A DNA stretch of 64,000 bases from Octopus sinensis (GCF_006345805.1 NC_042998.1:15810001-15874000); one strand, 5' to 3'; positions 12,205-25,456 are shown, counted from the first letter of the stretch. Translations and numbers: made by a program. Notes: generated by a model from the letters alone, not told the origin.

Positions 12205-13157
12205 ACACCACACACACATATATATATGTATATGTGTATGTGTGTCTGCCATTTGCCCCGCCACCATTGCTTGATAACCGATATTAGGTGTGTTTATGTT
12301 CCGTAACTAGCGGTGGCAAAATGGACCCATAGAATAAGAGCAAATGCTGGTGTGGATTTCTTCGACTAGATCCCTTTAAGGTGATGTGGCAGCATGCCTG
12401 CAGTGAAATGACTGAAACGCTTAAAACTAAACGAGTATATATATTATATATATATATTATATATATATATTATATATATATATAATAAAATTATATATAT
12501 ATATATACACATATATATCACACCAGTATGCCCTATCAGTGTAATACATGAGAGCATAGAAGTGTGTGGTCTGTTTGTATGTGTGTGAGTGCACAGTGGT
12601 TTGTGTATATTAACTATCAGCAATAACAGAACATATACAACATACAACACTACACAAACATGCCAACGATCAATGCACCCACACACACATGTGTACAGAC
12701 ATACGCATAATATTATATATATATATACATTATATACATACATATGTATATATCCACATATACACGCACACATACACATACATATATCATACATATATCA
12801 ATACATGCAAGCACATATTTTTCTAAATGTAAGCACGCACACACATACACACAGGAAACGGATTTATCTGCCGTCTTTTATTATACTGCTGATTATGTTA
12901 ATTATTTAGAACCAAATTCTTAATATATCGATGCTACACATGCTTATAGGAAAATAGTTACTTTCAAATATATGCATTTTCATATGCATATCTGCATTCA
13001 CTACAATCTCTTAATGTGGTTGGTGCATATATTCCTACGCGATTTACGTTGTGTTTATAGACATAGTGTATATATGTATGTGTGTGTGTGCATGTGTAAG
13101 TGTTCATATTCAGTTATTTCTCTATATGTTATCTATGCAAATATAATACTATATATA

Positions 13158-13193
<36 letters not shown>

Positions 13194-13535
13194 ACATAAA
13201 AATATATGTGTATAATATATATATATATATATAATATATATATATATATACATATATATACATGCATATATATATATATATTATATATATATACACACAC
13301 ACACATATATATATGTATATGTGTATGTGTGTCTGCATTTGCCCCGCCACCATTGCTTGATAACCGATATTAGTGTGTTTATGTTCCGTAACTTAGCGGT
13401 TGGCAAATTGGACCCATAGAATAAGAGCAAATGCTGGTGTGGATTTCTTCGACTAGATCCCTTTAAGGTGATGTGGCAGCATGCCTGCAGTGAAATGACT
13501 GAAACGCTTAAAACTAAACGAGTATATATATATAT

Positions 13536-13575
<40 letters not shown>

Positions 13576-14286
13576 TATATATATATACACATATATATCA
13601 CACCAGTATGCCCTATCAGTGTAATACATGAGAGCATAGAAGTGTGTGCGTCTGTGTATGTGTGTGAGTGCACAGTGGTTTGTGTATATTAACTATCAGC
13701 AATAACAGAACATATACAACATACAACACTACACAAACATGCCAATCGATCAATGCACCCACACACACATGTGTACAGACATACGCATATATATTATATA
13801 TATATATACATTATATACATACATATGTATATATCCACATATACACGCACACATACACATACATATATCATACATATATCAATACATGCAAGCACATATT
13901 TTTCTAAATGTAAGCACGCACACACATACACACAGAAACGGATTTATCTGCCGTCTTTTATTATACTGCTGATTATGTTAATTATATTAGAACCAAATTC
14001 TTAATATATCGATGCTACACATGCTTATAGGAAAATAGTTACTTTCAAATATATGCATTTTCATATGCATATCTGCATTCACTTACAATCTCTTAATGTT
14101 TGGTGCATATATTCCTACGCGTATTTACGTTGTGTTTATAGACATAGTGTATATATGTATGTGTGTGTGTGCATGTGTAAGTGTTCATATTCAGTATTTC
14201 TCTATATGTTATCTATGCAAATATAATATATAATATATATATACATATATATAATAATATATATATATATATATAATATATATATG

Positions 14287-14336
<50 letters not shown>

Positions 14337-14385
14337 ATATACATGCATATATATATATATATTATATATATATACACACACACAC
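12205..14385. repeat. Near-identical ~1.08-kb tandem duplication containing a SINE-A tail (12240-12435 / 13325-13522)
   Basis: Anchor cggatttatctgccg at 12859 and 13939. The copies differ mainly by 1-nt indels. Confidence 0.9.
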
Positions 14386-14531
14386 AATATAGTATGTATA
14401 TATATATATATAACTAAACATAAACTTGCCTGTGTGCGCGCCAACGCATACACACGCGTATCCGGTGACAGATAAAGATAGAGTTATTGATACCTATGTA
14501 GTTACATCGATATATAGACAGTTAAACATCA

Positions 14532-14568
<37 letters not shown>

Positions 14569-15423
14569 ATACAGCGATATGTAGGTAAATATATAGTGAT
14601 ATACATAACTTGACAGATATACAGGCAGCTAATAACATAAATATACACATTGATATGGAGATATATGCTGACATCGAAAGAGAGATAGATAAAGATAGAG
14701 AAATTTATAGGTAGATAAAATAATAGATTGGTAGAAAAATACACAGATAAATAGATAGAAAGATTGATACATAGATAGATAGATAGATTGAAAGAAATAT
14801 ATTCGCATATTATCGATAAAAGAATTTAGTTATGATATTCATAGTTATATATATTTCCATATTCAAAACCAACTCATATGAATTTCCATAGCACACTATT
14901 CACACATTCTGATGAAGAGTAATTTGATGTATATATAATGAACGAAATTCCTACACACATTCATACATACATACATGCATACATACGTACGTACCGAAAC
15001 ATACACTTGTTGACATACATAACTTCATACTCACTCGCAAGCTTGCGCACACATACCTTACACACATGCATACAGAAAAAGATATCCATATGTAAAATGC
15101 ATCGAGAAATACAGACACATAAAGTACACATGTTATACATATATTTATATGATAGATACATATGTTTTCTCTCTGTGTGTGCACGCGCTCATATAGACAT
15201 GCAAACGTACATGTATATATATATATATATATACATATATGTGTGTGTGCATGCATATGTGTACATAGTTATATATACATGAATATATGTATATATTAAA
15301 TTTATGTATATATGGATGTGTGTGTATGTATAAATTGATAAGTAGATAGGTAAATGTATATATATATATATAATTACATAGACATACAGACACATATTTA
15401 AAGAGAAAAAGTGAAAAATATAT

Positions 15424-15461
<38 letters not shown>

Positions 15462-16365
15462 AAGTAAGTTAGTGTGAGTGATTGAGAGAGAGTGATTAGG
15501 ATGGAGAATGACATGAAATTAATATTCAAAAAGATAGTAACAAAATCAGGACAAAAAAAAATACTGACAGAGATGCATAGATGTCTTTCATAAAGAGACA
15601 GCAAGACAGACAGAAATAGATTGGCGATTAATTCCTGAACACACAAGCGTATGCAATTATGAAGTCTCCGACTATCTCATCAGACCTGAAACGATCCATT
15701 ATTTGTCCGTCTCCGAAAGTTTGCTCTTTAATAAACCACTCCTAGTAACTTCAAAGCCGATACTGAGACAGTACACAACAACTTTATCAGCTATTTAATG
15801 CTCATATTAAAAGCAGGACTTATTATCTTTCATCATTTAATTTTCTTTCAAACTTCTTCGGACACATTTCTAATATAATTTGCAATTTCAATCGCGTCTT
15901 CTTGTTTGACGTATGTCAGGGGAATGTTTACGCTAAATCTCCATTGACCTAAACTCGATATTTCATAAATGTATTTTTGTTTCTGCTAGCTGGCGATTTC
16001 AGATTGTCTTCTTGAAGTAAAGTACGACACACCTCTCCTCCTTCTGTCATAATAACCAATAAGCAATGAATTTCGCTGACTTACATTCAACCTAGACTCA
16101 CATACACACACACACACACACCACACACACAACACACACACACACACACACAGAGTTTGATAAAGAAAGAAAGAAAGAAAAGGAAACTAACAGAGAGATG
16201 TGAGGCAGAGAAAGAGAGCCATTGTGCATAATGTAGAATATAAAATATTTATTTTTGGAAATGGAACAAATTATAAAAAAAAAATACCTGACTTTTCCAT
16301 GGTCGGTGAAATCCATCACCGTGCATTAATCCGTGCTGAGTTTATAGTGAAATGTATGAGAGTTA

Positions 16366-16517
16366 GAGTGGCTTTATACTGTCAACTTAATGTGACAGTC
16401 CGCTGTTTAGCCCTAGGAAGCATCGACAGGAAGCGTTCGATGCTTCCTAGGGCTAAACAGCGGTGGTGTAATTTTCATACGGGACTGTCACGTTAAGTTG
16501 ACAGTATACAACCACTC
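16366..16517. repeat. Two-tier fold-back inverted repeat
   Basis: Perfect 27-bp inner arms 16400-16426 / 16437-16463 (10-nt loop). Outer arms 16375-16401 / 16482-16508 have one mismatch and extend imperfectly to 16366/16517; 18-nt bulge on the right arm. Confidence 0.9.
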
Positions 16518-17244
16518 TCTCGCTCCACCACCGCTCATGTCTCTTTGAGACATTGAGAAATTTTATATTTCTGTATGAGAGTTGTTATCTTGTATCTCAA
16601 ATCAGCAAAAATCAGTAGTGAAAATGTGATCAGTGTGTATTTATAAACACTCAAGATTCCTTGGTTTGCCAGTAGATAGCATGGAAACATTGGCATCGTA
16701 ACTACGAACAATAATTAGCTTTCGAGGAAAAGCCTTTTTCTGTGAGTTTCGTAAGCGCTCCGTGTACTCTGAGGTTAACTCCACTAGCCTTCTGCTGAAA
16801 AGCTTGCCAATGTGTGACAAACGGAAACGCATCTACCAACAAGAAATTTCTTAAGACCTAATATTGGGAACGAAAGTCTGAACATGTTGCTTCGTCTGAT
16901 TTCCACGGCTAAGGCACGATATCGGTTATAAGATTTGAATTTTAAATGGAGAATATTAAAGTGAATGCGGCTTTAGACTAACATCGTTGAAACAGCAGAT
17001 ACCAGCGAATTAGAACAAGTAAAAACACAGATATATAGATACAGGAATAGAGCGAAGCAAGGAAACAGAATGGAAGTATCTATAGTTTCTCGAACTGTAA
17101 ACGATTTCATTTTTATCAGATTTGATGAGGTTCTGAAGATCAGTCTATACGGGGCCAACATAGATAAGGAAAAGCAAGCCATTGCTGAACTCACCTAAGC
17201 TTTGTAAAATGTTAGGAGTTTAATACCGTTCAACTGAATTTTGT

Positions 17245-17390
17245 AGAGGTGGGGAGTTAGTTGATTACATCAACCACGAAAGGATGGTAAGTCGACCATG
17301 GCAGATTTTGAAGTCAGAACTTGAAGACTGACGAAGTAATGCTAAGTATTTTGTTCCGCGTGCTATTAATTCCAACACCTCGCCGTCAAG
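17245..17390 (-). mobile_element. Old SINE-B copy
   Basis: gaaaggatgg..aagtcgacc..ggcagattttgaagtcagaac...gctaagtattttg..cgtgcta degenerate match to family B. Confidence 0.6.
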
Positions 17391-18903
17391 AGTTTGCTTT
17401 TAATAACATATGTATTTGGTGGTTGATCTGAAAGTCGGATAGCGATCGACATGGTAAGGGAATGTTTAGTATAATAACGCATAAAGGAAAAGGCCATATT
17501 AGGTTCATGAATTAAATTTTCATCTAGATTTATCCCACGCAGCCGTAAACGCGACAATGATATATATATATTTATAATTTTCTTGTTTCCCTTGGAAGCT
17601 TTTGGTTTTTCTTAAATTGTAGCAAAGACTAGAGATTTCTAATTTGGCATGATTATTTATGATGGAAGAAATTAATTGTTTTTGCAAAATATATTTTGAT
17701 AAAACGTTTAGTGATCACCTTGTTCCATGTAAGACAGTAATCATTTCTGGAATCTTTACTTACTAATCGCGACTACGTTCATTATCTTCAGTAATGAGTG
17801 GCTTGACATGATCAGACTGTCTTTTCCAAATGTCTTATTTTGTCTCAGTCACAGAACATAGGCAGTAATTCTTGGATATGATGTTACATTTATCAATTGC
17901 ATTAATTTACAACTAAGAAAAATAAAAAGAATAGAAAAAGCCAAACAGCTTTTAATTGCACAACTAATCAAACCATCCTAAATTATGAAAACAATTTAAA
18001 ATAATTTAGAAATACAGCTTTGAGCTTATATGGTATTTATGTTAAATATTTCATCTGTGTGAGTGTGTCCGTGCGTGTGTGCGTGTATGCGTTAATTATG
18101 TATGTTTAAACTTTATTAAAATATTCTCCGGTTGATTGTTAGAGGTAAGTAGTATTCTATAAGTTAAAAGAGTTGAATGAATACACAATAAGTAATTAGT
18201 GTTGATACAGTATGGGTGTGTTTTTGTTTGTTTGTGTATGTGTGTTGTGTGTGTGTAAAATTAAAACAATTATTACACGTAGCGGTAGTGTGGACATAGT
18301 TGTCAAAAGATATAAATTTAGTTAGCATGTGGAGAGTTGCTATAGACGAGGAGAAAACAATCTGATTGTCACTTCTGTGTACAAGAAGAAACACGAAGAT
18401 AGATATTTACTTTTATGTATTTCACGACTAAGAGAAATGGAGAAGTTATTTATATTGTCTGGAATTTGAATAACTATAGGCTTCAGTAAAAACTGCATAA
18501 ATGTCAAAATTATACTGGACTTTTGTTTATTAAGATGATGTAAGTGTATGTATGTTCTAGATATACATACATATATACATACATACATGCACACATATAT
18601 ATGCATGTATATCTGTATGTAATGTAATATAAAATATGATATAATATTACTTGTGTGCGCGCACACACACACTCGCACACACACACACTCGCGCACACAC
18701 ACACATATATATATATGTATATATGCATTTATACATATATATATACATATAGATATGTATATATATATATAATGTAATATATATACTGATATTACATACA
18801 TACTTACATACATATATACATACATACATACATACATATATACATACACACATATATATAATTATATATATATATATAATATAATATATATATATATACA
18901 TAT

Positions 18904-19329
18904 ATTCTTTTATTCTTTACGTTTTTCATTCATTTGACTGTGTGGCCATGCTGGAGCACCGACTTTTAGGACTTATTTTTTGAAAGCCTAGTACTTAATT
19001 TATCGGTCTGTTTTGCCTAAATGCTATGTTACGGAAACTTAAACATACCAACATCGGTGTCAAGCGATGGCGAGGTGCAGGGGAAAAGCAAACAAACAAA
19101 TACACACTCACACATGCACACACACGCGCGCACACACACACATATATACACACATACACACATATGTAATTTTATATATACGATGTGCTTCTATCAATTT
19201 CCGTCTCGCAAATCCACTTACAAGACTTTGGTCGGCCCGAGGTTATAGTACAAGACATAGGCTCTTGGAGTGAACTCGGAACCATGTGGTTGGGAATCCA
19301 TCATCTTACCACATAACTACTCTTTCGTC
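18904..19329 (-). mobile_element. SINE-A copy (tRNA/CORE-like head, internal TA/CA microsatellite, TAAAAGAG-type tail)
   Basis: Matches the full copies at 24975 and 33650, with an internal deletion in the head. Confidence 0.85.
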
Positions 19330-19839
19330 TACGTAGCCATATTTTAAATGATCAATGCGGGAGACAGTGAGACCTGGAAGCTTTATTTCGAACGAAAATC
19401 AGTTCGGCTTACTTCTGCATAAGTACCCAATGAAATGAAATGTACCCCATATTGTAGAAGAGACCTCTTCAGGCTGTATAAAGCGGTTCAATGTTATAAG
19501 ATATACATTTTGCTTAAATGTGTGACATGAAGTTCTTGGTTCAATATACGTGCTAGTAGTTCACCAATGTAATAATGGAGCAGGTTCCGTTGTATATATT
19601 TAGGGAGTGGTTGTTCAAGAATGCGAAAAATAAATGTAAAGAATAGATGGGATATTTAGAATGGTGTTAAATGGAAGGGTCCAAGGTTGTGCAGGACTCT
19701 GTCATGCGTGTCATGCGTGGCAATGTGGTCGAAAATTTGGTATCTCTTTCACTCTCTCTCTCTCTCCCTATATTTATATATATATACATATACATATATA
19801 TATATACATTCACAAACACACCCACCCATATATATATAC

Positions 19840-19920
<81 letters not shown>

Positions 19921-20357
19921 AAAGTAAATAAATGGCACAACAAAGTACCGATATTTACTGGAAAATAGCGAACGTAATAAATACGACGCTAATGTATAGC
20001 TTCACTGCGTATGTACTAGTAAAGATGCGTGTGTGCAACAAACATGAAAAAAATTGTCTTACATCTAGGAAGAACATCTGAAAAATGAAATACCTAGAAA
20101 TGGACAATGTGGTACCGGTTTCAGATTCTTCAAAATATGTCTGCCAACATATATTTGATTTATCCTCATCAGCCACATATACCTCGACAGTATTTCAAAT
20201 GTTGCCACATCTATGCCAGTACACTCGACTGAACGCCAAAACGTTGACAGAACGAGAACAGTGAAGAAGTTTCAATGAAAATAGTAATGCAATACGAGAG
20301 TATATATATATATATATTTTAGGCATCTAAAAATTTTTGTGCATCTTGATGCTGACA

Positions 20358-20462
20358 TAAGTTCCTTACTTTTCCTGATGAGAAGGCGGCATAATGCAGC
20401 CTTCGAAACATATGTTGAAAATAAAATAAAGGAATTTTGTTAATTCGTCGTTCAACTCCATT
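20358..20462 (+). ncRNA. Type I hammerhead ribozyme motif, canonical core
   Basis: Stem I ttttc / gaaaa; CTGATGA 20375-20381; stem II GAAGGC.GCA / TGC.GCCTTC; GAAA 20405-20408; palindromic stem III CATATG; triplet GUU 20414-20416. Confidence 0.7.
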
Positions 20463-20647
20463 CTTTCATTTATTTGTATTCAAAAAAACACAGAATTTTC
20501 CACACGGTAGCACGTGATCTCTGCCCTAGGCATGTAGCTTCAACCGTGTTTTTCTGACGTGAATTTGCTACCCAGGTATCGGTTAACCGAATTATCCATA
20601 GTAAGATAATTCATTCAACTACTCAATTATATATATATATTTATATG

Positions 20648-20747
<100 letters not shown>

Positions 20748-21417
20748 CTATACGCATATTAGCTTATATTGGTACATATGCGTATACACATACATGCATA
20801 TGCATGTACGTACACACGCGTAGATTTATACACATTTGCATATATACATGCACACACACACGCGCGCGCGCGCACACACACACATATATAGACACCAATA
20901 TATAAGCAGGAGGATTAGTGTATGTAATTTAATACACTGTTGAGTTCCTGCGTGTAGACTATTTATAGCTGTGAGTGTAATGGGTTGTTTCTAGTGTATA
21001 TTTTGTGAATGTGCATACTGGGCGTGTGTTATTTATTGCTGCGAGGTTGCCCGTTGTTTTTATTGTCATTGGCGAATGTATATTCAGATCATGAGATTGT
21101 CAGTTCCATTTAGTTATGGGTGCGAAAGTGTTTGGGTATCTGTGCGTTTCTACTGTAATGGGTGAATTTCGATGTTCTGTTTTATATGCAACGTGTACCC
21201 TTTCGGATAATTTGTTGTAAGTCTTTCTGTAGTTAGTAACATGGACAACGATTCTTTGGAGTACAACAAGCACCTCATGGAAAGCGGGTTGTAGGGTTGT
21301 GCATGTCATATAATTGGCCCGGTGGTCAGTTCAAAATTAAAGACAAACTAGCGTACATACATACGTACATACACACATATGCATATACACAAATATATAT
21401 TATATATATATGTGTGC

Positions 21418-21470
<53 letters not shown>

Positions 21471-21472
<2 letters not shown>

Positions 21473-21592
21473 AAATTAAAAAAGGAAAATACGCACACTT
21501 ACATGGTTATAATATAATTTTTAATGTATCGACCGGTTTCGCAATAGCTATTCATGATATAATGTTTAATTTATATGAATATATATTTTTTC
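21471..21592 (-). ncRNA. Hammerhead-like motif with A3:U8 core variant, in a ~120-bp dispersed repeat
   Basis: Minus strand: atatc-ATGAATA-GC TATT GC-GAAA-CCGG-TC-gatac. About 90% identical (by eye) to 63117-63240. Confidence 0.55.
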
Positions 21593-21639
21593 TTAAGTAG
21601 AAATTTGGCCCATGTTGTTTGTAATGAAATTCACGAGTG

Positions 21640-21693
<54 letters not shown>

Positions 21694-22150
21694 TTCATGT
21701 ATGTATGCATGTATTTATGTATATATAAAATGTCCTGGATTAAAGCGTATCAGGTACTTACATAGTAAAACCAAAAAGGTTGTGTAGGTTATAACACTAT
21801 CTTGGACAATATATATCGACACATACTCATTAAAGTAAATACGGGCATGGTCTCCAGTAACGCATATAGTCACAAGTGGCTGACTGAATACACGAAGAAT
21901 CATCAAGGTTGCCCTGCACCTTCTGCAACATCATCTACATCTAGGTAGATCTGAAAGAACTGCAGCTTTCAAGTGAGGTAAAGGATAAACAATACGAACA
22001 GAGAAATTGTTATTCAGTACAGCTTTTTCAGCCGTGTGATTTTTATTGATGAGAAAAAGCGTTACATCATGCAAAGAACGTAACAAAGATTTTCATCTGG
22101 TGAATTCTAGAAGAAAACATATGTAATTGTGTGTGTGTGTGTGTATGTGC

Positions 22151-22194
<44 letters not shown>

Positions 22195-22217
22195 ATATCT
22201 ATCTATCCATCTATCTG

Positions 22218-22273
<56 letters not shown>

Positions 22274-22300
22274 ACTATCTATCTATCTATCTATCTACCT
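22195..22300. repeat. (TCTA)n microsatellite
   Basis: Direct reading. Confidence 0.95.
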
Positions 22301-22490
22301 AGCAATCTCTATCTCTCTATATATATGTATATGTATGTATAGGTATATTATATGTAGAAAAATGCAAACTGGGACAAGAACGTAAAACATTTAGAAGACG
22401 ATAAAAAAACACGGACGGGACATTCGAAGCCTTCAATCTTCAGTCAAGCACCGGATCATCTTCGCAATTTCGGCTGATATATATATATAT

Positions 22491-22560
<70 letters not shown>

Positions 22561-22689
22561 TACATATATATGTATATACACATACATATATACATATAGG
22601 TACTAGCGGCGTAGCTCTGGTTTAAAATGCCATAGTTTTGTCTATTGTTTTAATTGTTACTAATATGTAACAGAGGACATACAAGTTCA

Positions 22690-22860
22690 ACGCCCTTCGT
22701 TGAGTAAATAGATCCAGGATTTATTCTTTGTAACCTAGTATTTATCGTATCGGAGTGTTTTGACAAATGACTAAGTTACGGGGACTCAACTCAGCAGCAT
22801 CGGTTGTCAAGCGTTAGTGATGGTACACACAGAGATACAGACACTCCCACACACACATAC
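22690..22860 (-). mobile_element. Degenerate SINE-A tail
   Basis: ccaggatttattctttgtaacctagta...ctaagttacggggac...cagcatcggttgtcaagcg. Confidence 0.7.
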
Positions 22861-22868
22861 ATATGTGT

Positions 22869-22958
<90 letters not shown>

Positions 22959-22969
22959 GTGTAGGAAGA

Positions 22970-23105
22970 AATGGAGCTGAACGAAGATTTAACAAAATTC
23001 CTTTTTATTATTTTCTACATATGTTTCAAAGGCTGCAAAGTCCCTAATTCGGATTGAATAAGGAGTACATTTTGCAGCCTTCTCTTCAGGAAATCCAGGA
23101 ACTTA
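22970..23105 (-). ncRNA. Type I hammerhead ribozyme motif, canonical core, long stem II
   Basis: Minus strand: tttc-CTGAAGA (23089-23083)-GAAGGCTGCAAA...TTTGCAGCCTTT (12 bp)-GAAA (23027-23024)-CATATG-TA-gaaaa; triplet GUA. Same family as 20358. Confidence 0.75.
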
Positions 23106-24707
23106 ATTCTCCAACAAGATGCACAGAAAGCTTTTCGACAAAATGCAATACGCGTGTGATTGATTGTTTTCTCTTATCCAGATAAGAGAAAAAAATCAAT
23201 CAGAAAGGAACTCTATCTCACTCAAAATATCTTTTGATAAGCATAACAAATGCGCAACCGGTAAACTCTTACTTTTTTTATTCTACACTGAAATCTGACA
23301 TTGAACTTTTCCACAAAAAACTGTATATTACACGCTTTTACTAAATATCTTATTCTGAAACAGAACACTGTAAAAGACTGAAATCATTCACAAAAAATGA
23401 ACATTGTATTCTAACCCACTTTTTCTCTTTTTTTGTTTAAAAAAAGAACTTTCACCTAATTAAATACACTCTCCCTTACTTAAATTATTTTGTCAGCATT
23501 TTCTTCATTTCCTTTTTTTATACATATATATATATATACATATTTATATGCATACTTACATATATAAACATACAAAGATGTATATACCTATAAATATATA
23601 TATATATATACATGTATATATATATATACATCTATATATATACATATATATATATATATGTATAAAATATATATATATACATAAGTTAGAGAAAAGCCAC
23701 TATTATGTAATTCAACGAATGTTAGACATATCATATAGAAAAAATAAAATATATTATAAAACGTTTATCTAGATCACAAAACTACAAAATAATGAAGAAA
23801 CACTATATAATAAGTAGAAAAATCTACGTAAGTTTCGTGGCTATATCTTCAATTCGAATTACAATTAAATTTAAATTCAATCCCAAAACAATTCAACTTA
23901 AAATATTGTCACTCCTCAGGTCAACAATAATAACAATAATAGATAAAGAACTTCATATACTTGTAATAAATAACCAAACAGTATTTCCTAAAGAAATAAA
24001 ATCACGATTCTTCTTATATATGAAATTTCGTTAAGTAAATTTGAAGCTTAAAATGTAGGACCATTTTTCATGTTAAAAATCTGAGGTAAAAAATAGAGTA
24101 AATAGATAGAAAAATGTATTTTATCTTTGAAGATATATTTTAGCTTTGGAAATAATTTTAACGAAGTATAGTATGCCTTTACTGGAAATATATAAGAGTC
24201 CAATTAATTAAAATAAAAATGCTTAAAATAAATCTAAAAAAATCCCATGTAATTATTGCTTTCACGTCGTCAGTATGATTAAAACAAGTGAATTATCAGC
24301 CTCACTGTGTTGATATAATTCGACCGGTAATACTAACCAGCCGACATTCGAACCGGTGCTGACGATATTTCTATCGATGCGCCGTTGAGTAAAATTTGTA
24401 TCAATATGGTCACTAGCATTTCAAGTATTAAGATAAGCCGCTCTAAATTTCGAATGTAATCCAGCATATGTTAAGGCCAAAATTACTTCAGAAAGCCCAT
24501 GATGCCCTTAGGTAAACAAAATTTCAATTTAAGCAGTGCAAAATAAAAGAATTAATGAAACCGGGTTAGTGTTACATTATTTAGAATTACTGAAGGAATA
24601 CATTAAAATGCTCGGGAATGCTTGTTGTTAGCCTAGTTCGTCATTACAAATGAAGTGCGAATCTGCTTTGCGATCTGGAGGCTACAGTGATACTCTCGCC
24701 TCCTTAC

Positions 24708-24849
24708 CAGGCAGATTATCGTGGGCAACATGAAAGAAAAAATCCTTCCATCAACGCGTGTTGTTTCCCATACATTTTCCAGTTCGAACGTACTGTAGTC
24801 AAATTCACTGAGATCATAACAGTGAATAGATAACACTGTGTCATCTATT
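24708..24849 (-). CDS. Candidate internal exon (142 nt, phase 2 to 0) of an unidentified gene
   Basis: Acceptor ttttgcatttattttag|A and donor CTG|gtaagg. Only one frame is open: IDDTVLSIHCYDLSEFDYSTFELENVWETTRVDGRIFSFMLPTIICL. Confidence 0.55.
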
Positions 24850-24974
24850 CTAAAATAAATGCAAAATATTTCCCATGTAGAAATCTCAGTGGAAACAGCT
24901 TAACAATGATAGAGAAAACCAACAAACCTTGAACATATAATGTGAAAAGTTAATATTTCTTACATAATCTTAGG

Positions 24975-25236
24975 TCTTTTGCTCTTTTGCTCTTTTACTT
25001 GTTTCAGTCAATTGACTGCAGCCATGCTGGAGCACCGCCTTTTTAGTCGAGCAAATCGACCCCAGGACTTATTCTTTGTAAGCCTAGTACTTATTCTATC
25101 TGTCTCTTTTGCCGAACCGCTAAGTAACGGGGACGTAAACACACCAGTATCGGTTGCCAAGCGATGTTGCGGGGGGGGGGGCAAACACAGGCAAACAACA
25201 CACACACACATATATATACATATTTATATATATATA

Positions 25237-25294
<58 letters not shown>

Positions 25295-25456
25295 GACGGG
25301 ATTCTTTCAGTTTCTGTATACCAAATCCACTCACAAGGATTTGGTCGGCCCAAGGCTATAGTAGAAGACACTTACCCAAGGTGCCACGCAGTGGGACTGA
25401 ACCCCGAACCGTGTGGTTGGTAAGCAAGCTACTTACCACACAGCCACTCCTGCGCC
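24975..25456 (-). mobile_element. Full-length SINE-A
   Basis: Head GGCGCAGGAGTGGCTGTGTGGTAAG..GGTTCGGGGTTCAGTCCC (A/B-box-like), CORE-like ACCTTGGGTAAGTG, internal (TA)n(TG)n, tail GGCGGTGCTCCAGCATGGCTGCAGTC..GAAACAAGTAAAAGAG. Resembles known octopus CORE-type SINEs (from memory, not searched). Confidence 0.9.

Noticed and set aside
15660-15700. Minus-strand CTGATGA followed by a stem (GATAGTC GGA GACTTC)
   Set aside because: Followed by ATAA rather than GAAA, with no stem III or UH site.
17120-17198. Plus-strand terminal-exon-like ORF (FDEVLKISLYGANIDKEKQAIAELT*) after a good acceptor
   Set aside because: Only 25 codons, no supporting upstream exon, no recognisable homology.
22370-22470. 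Possible PLE-terminal or hammerhead fragment (minus atatcagccGAAAttgc; CTGAAGAttgaaggcttc)
   Set aside because: Core elements are not in a foldable order; upstream half replaced by (TA)n.
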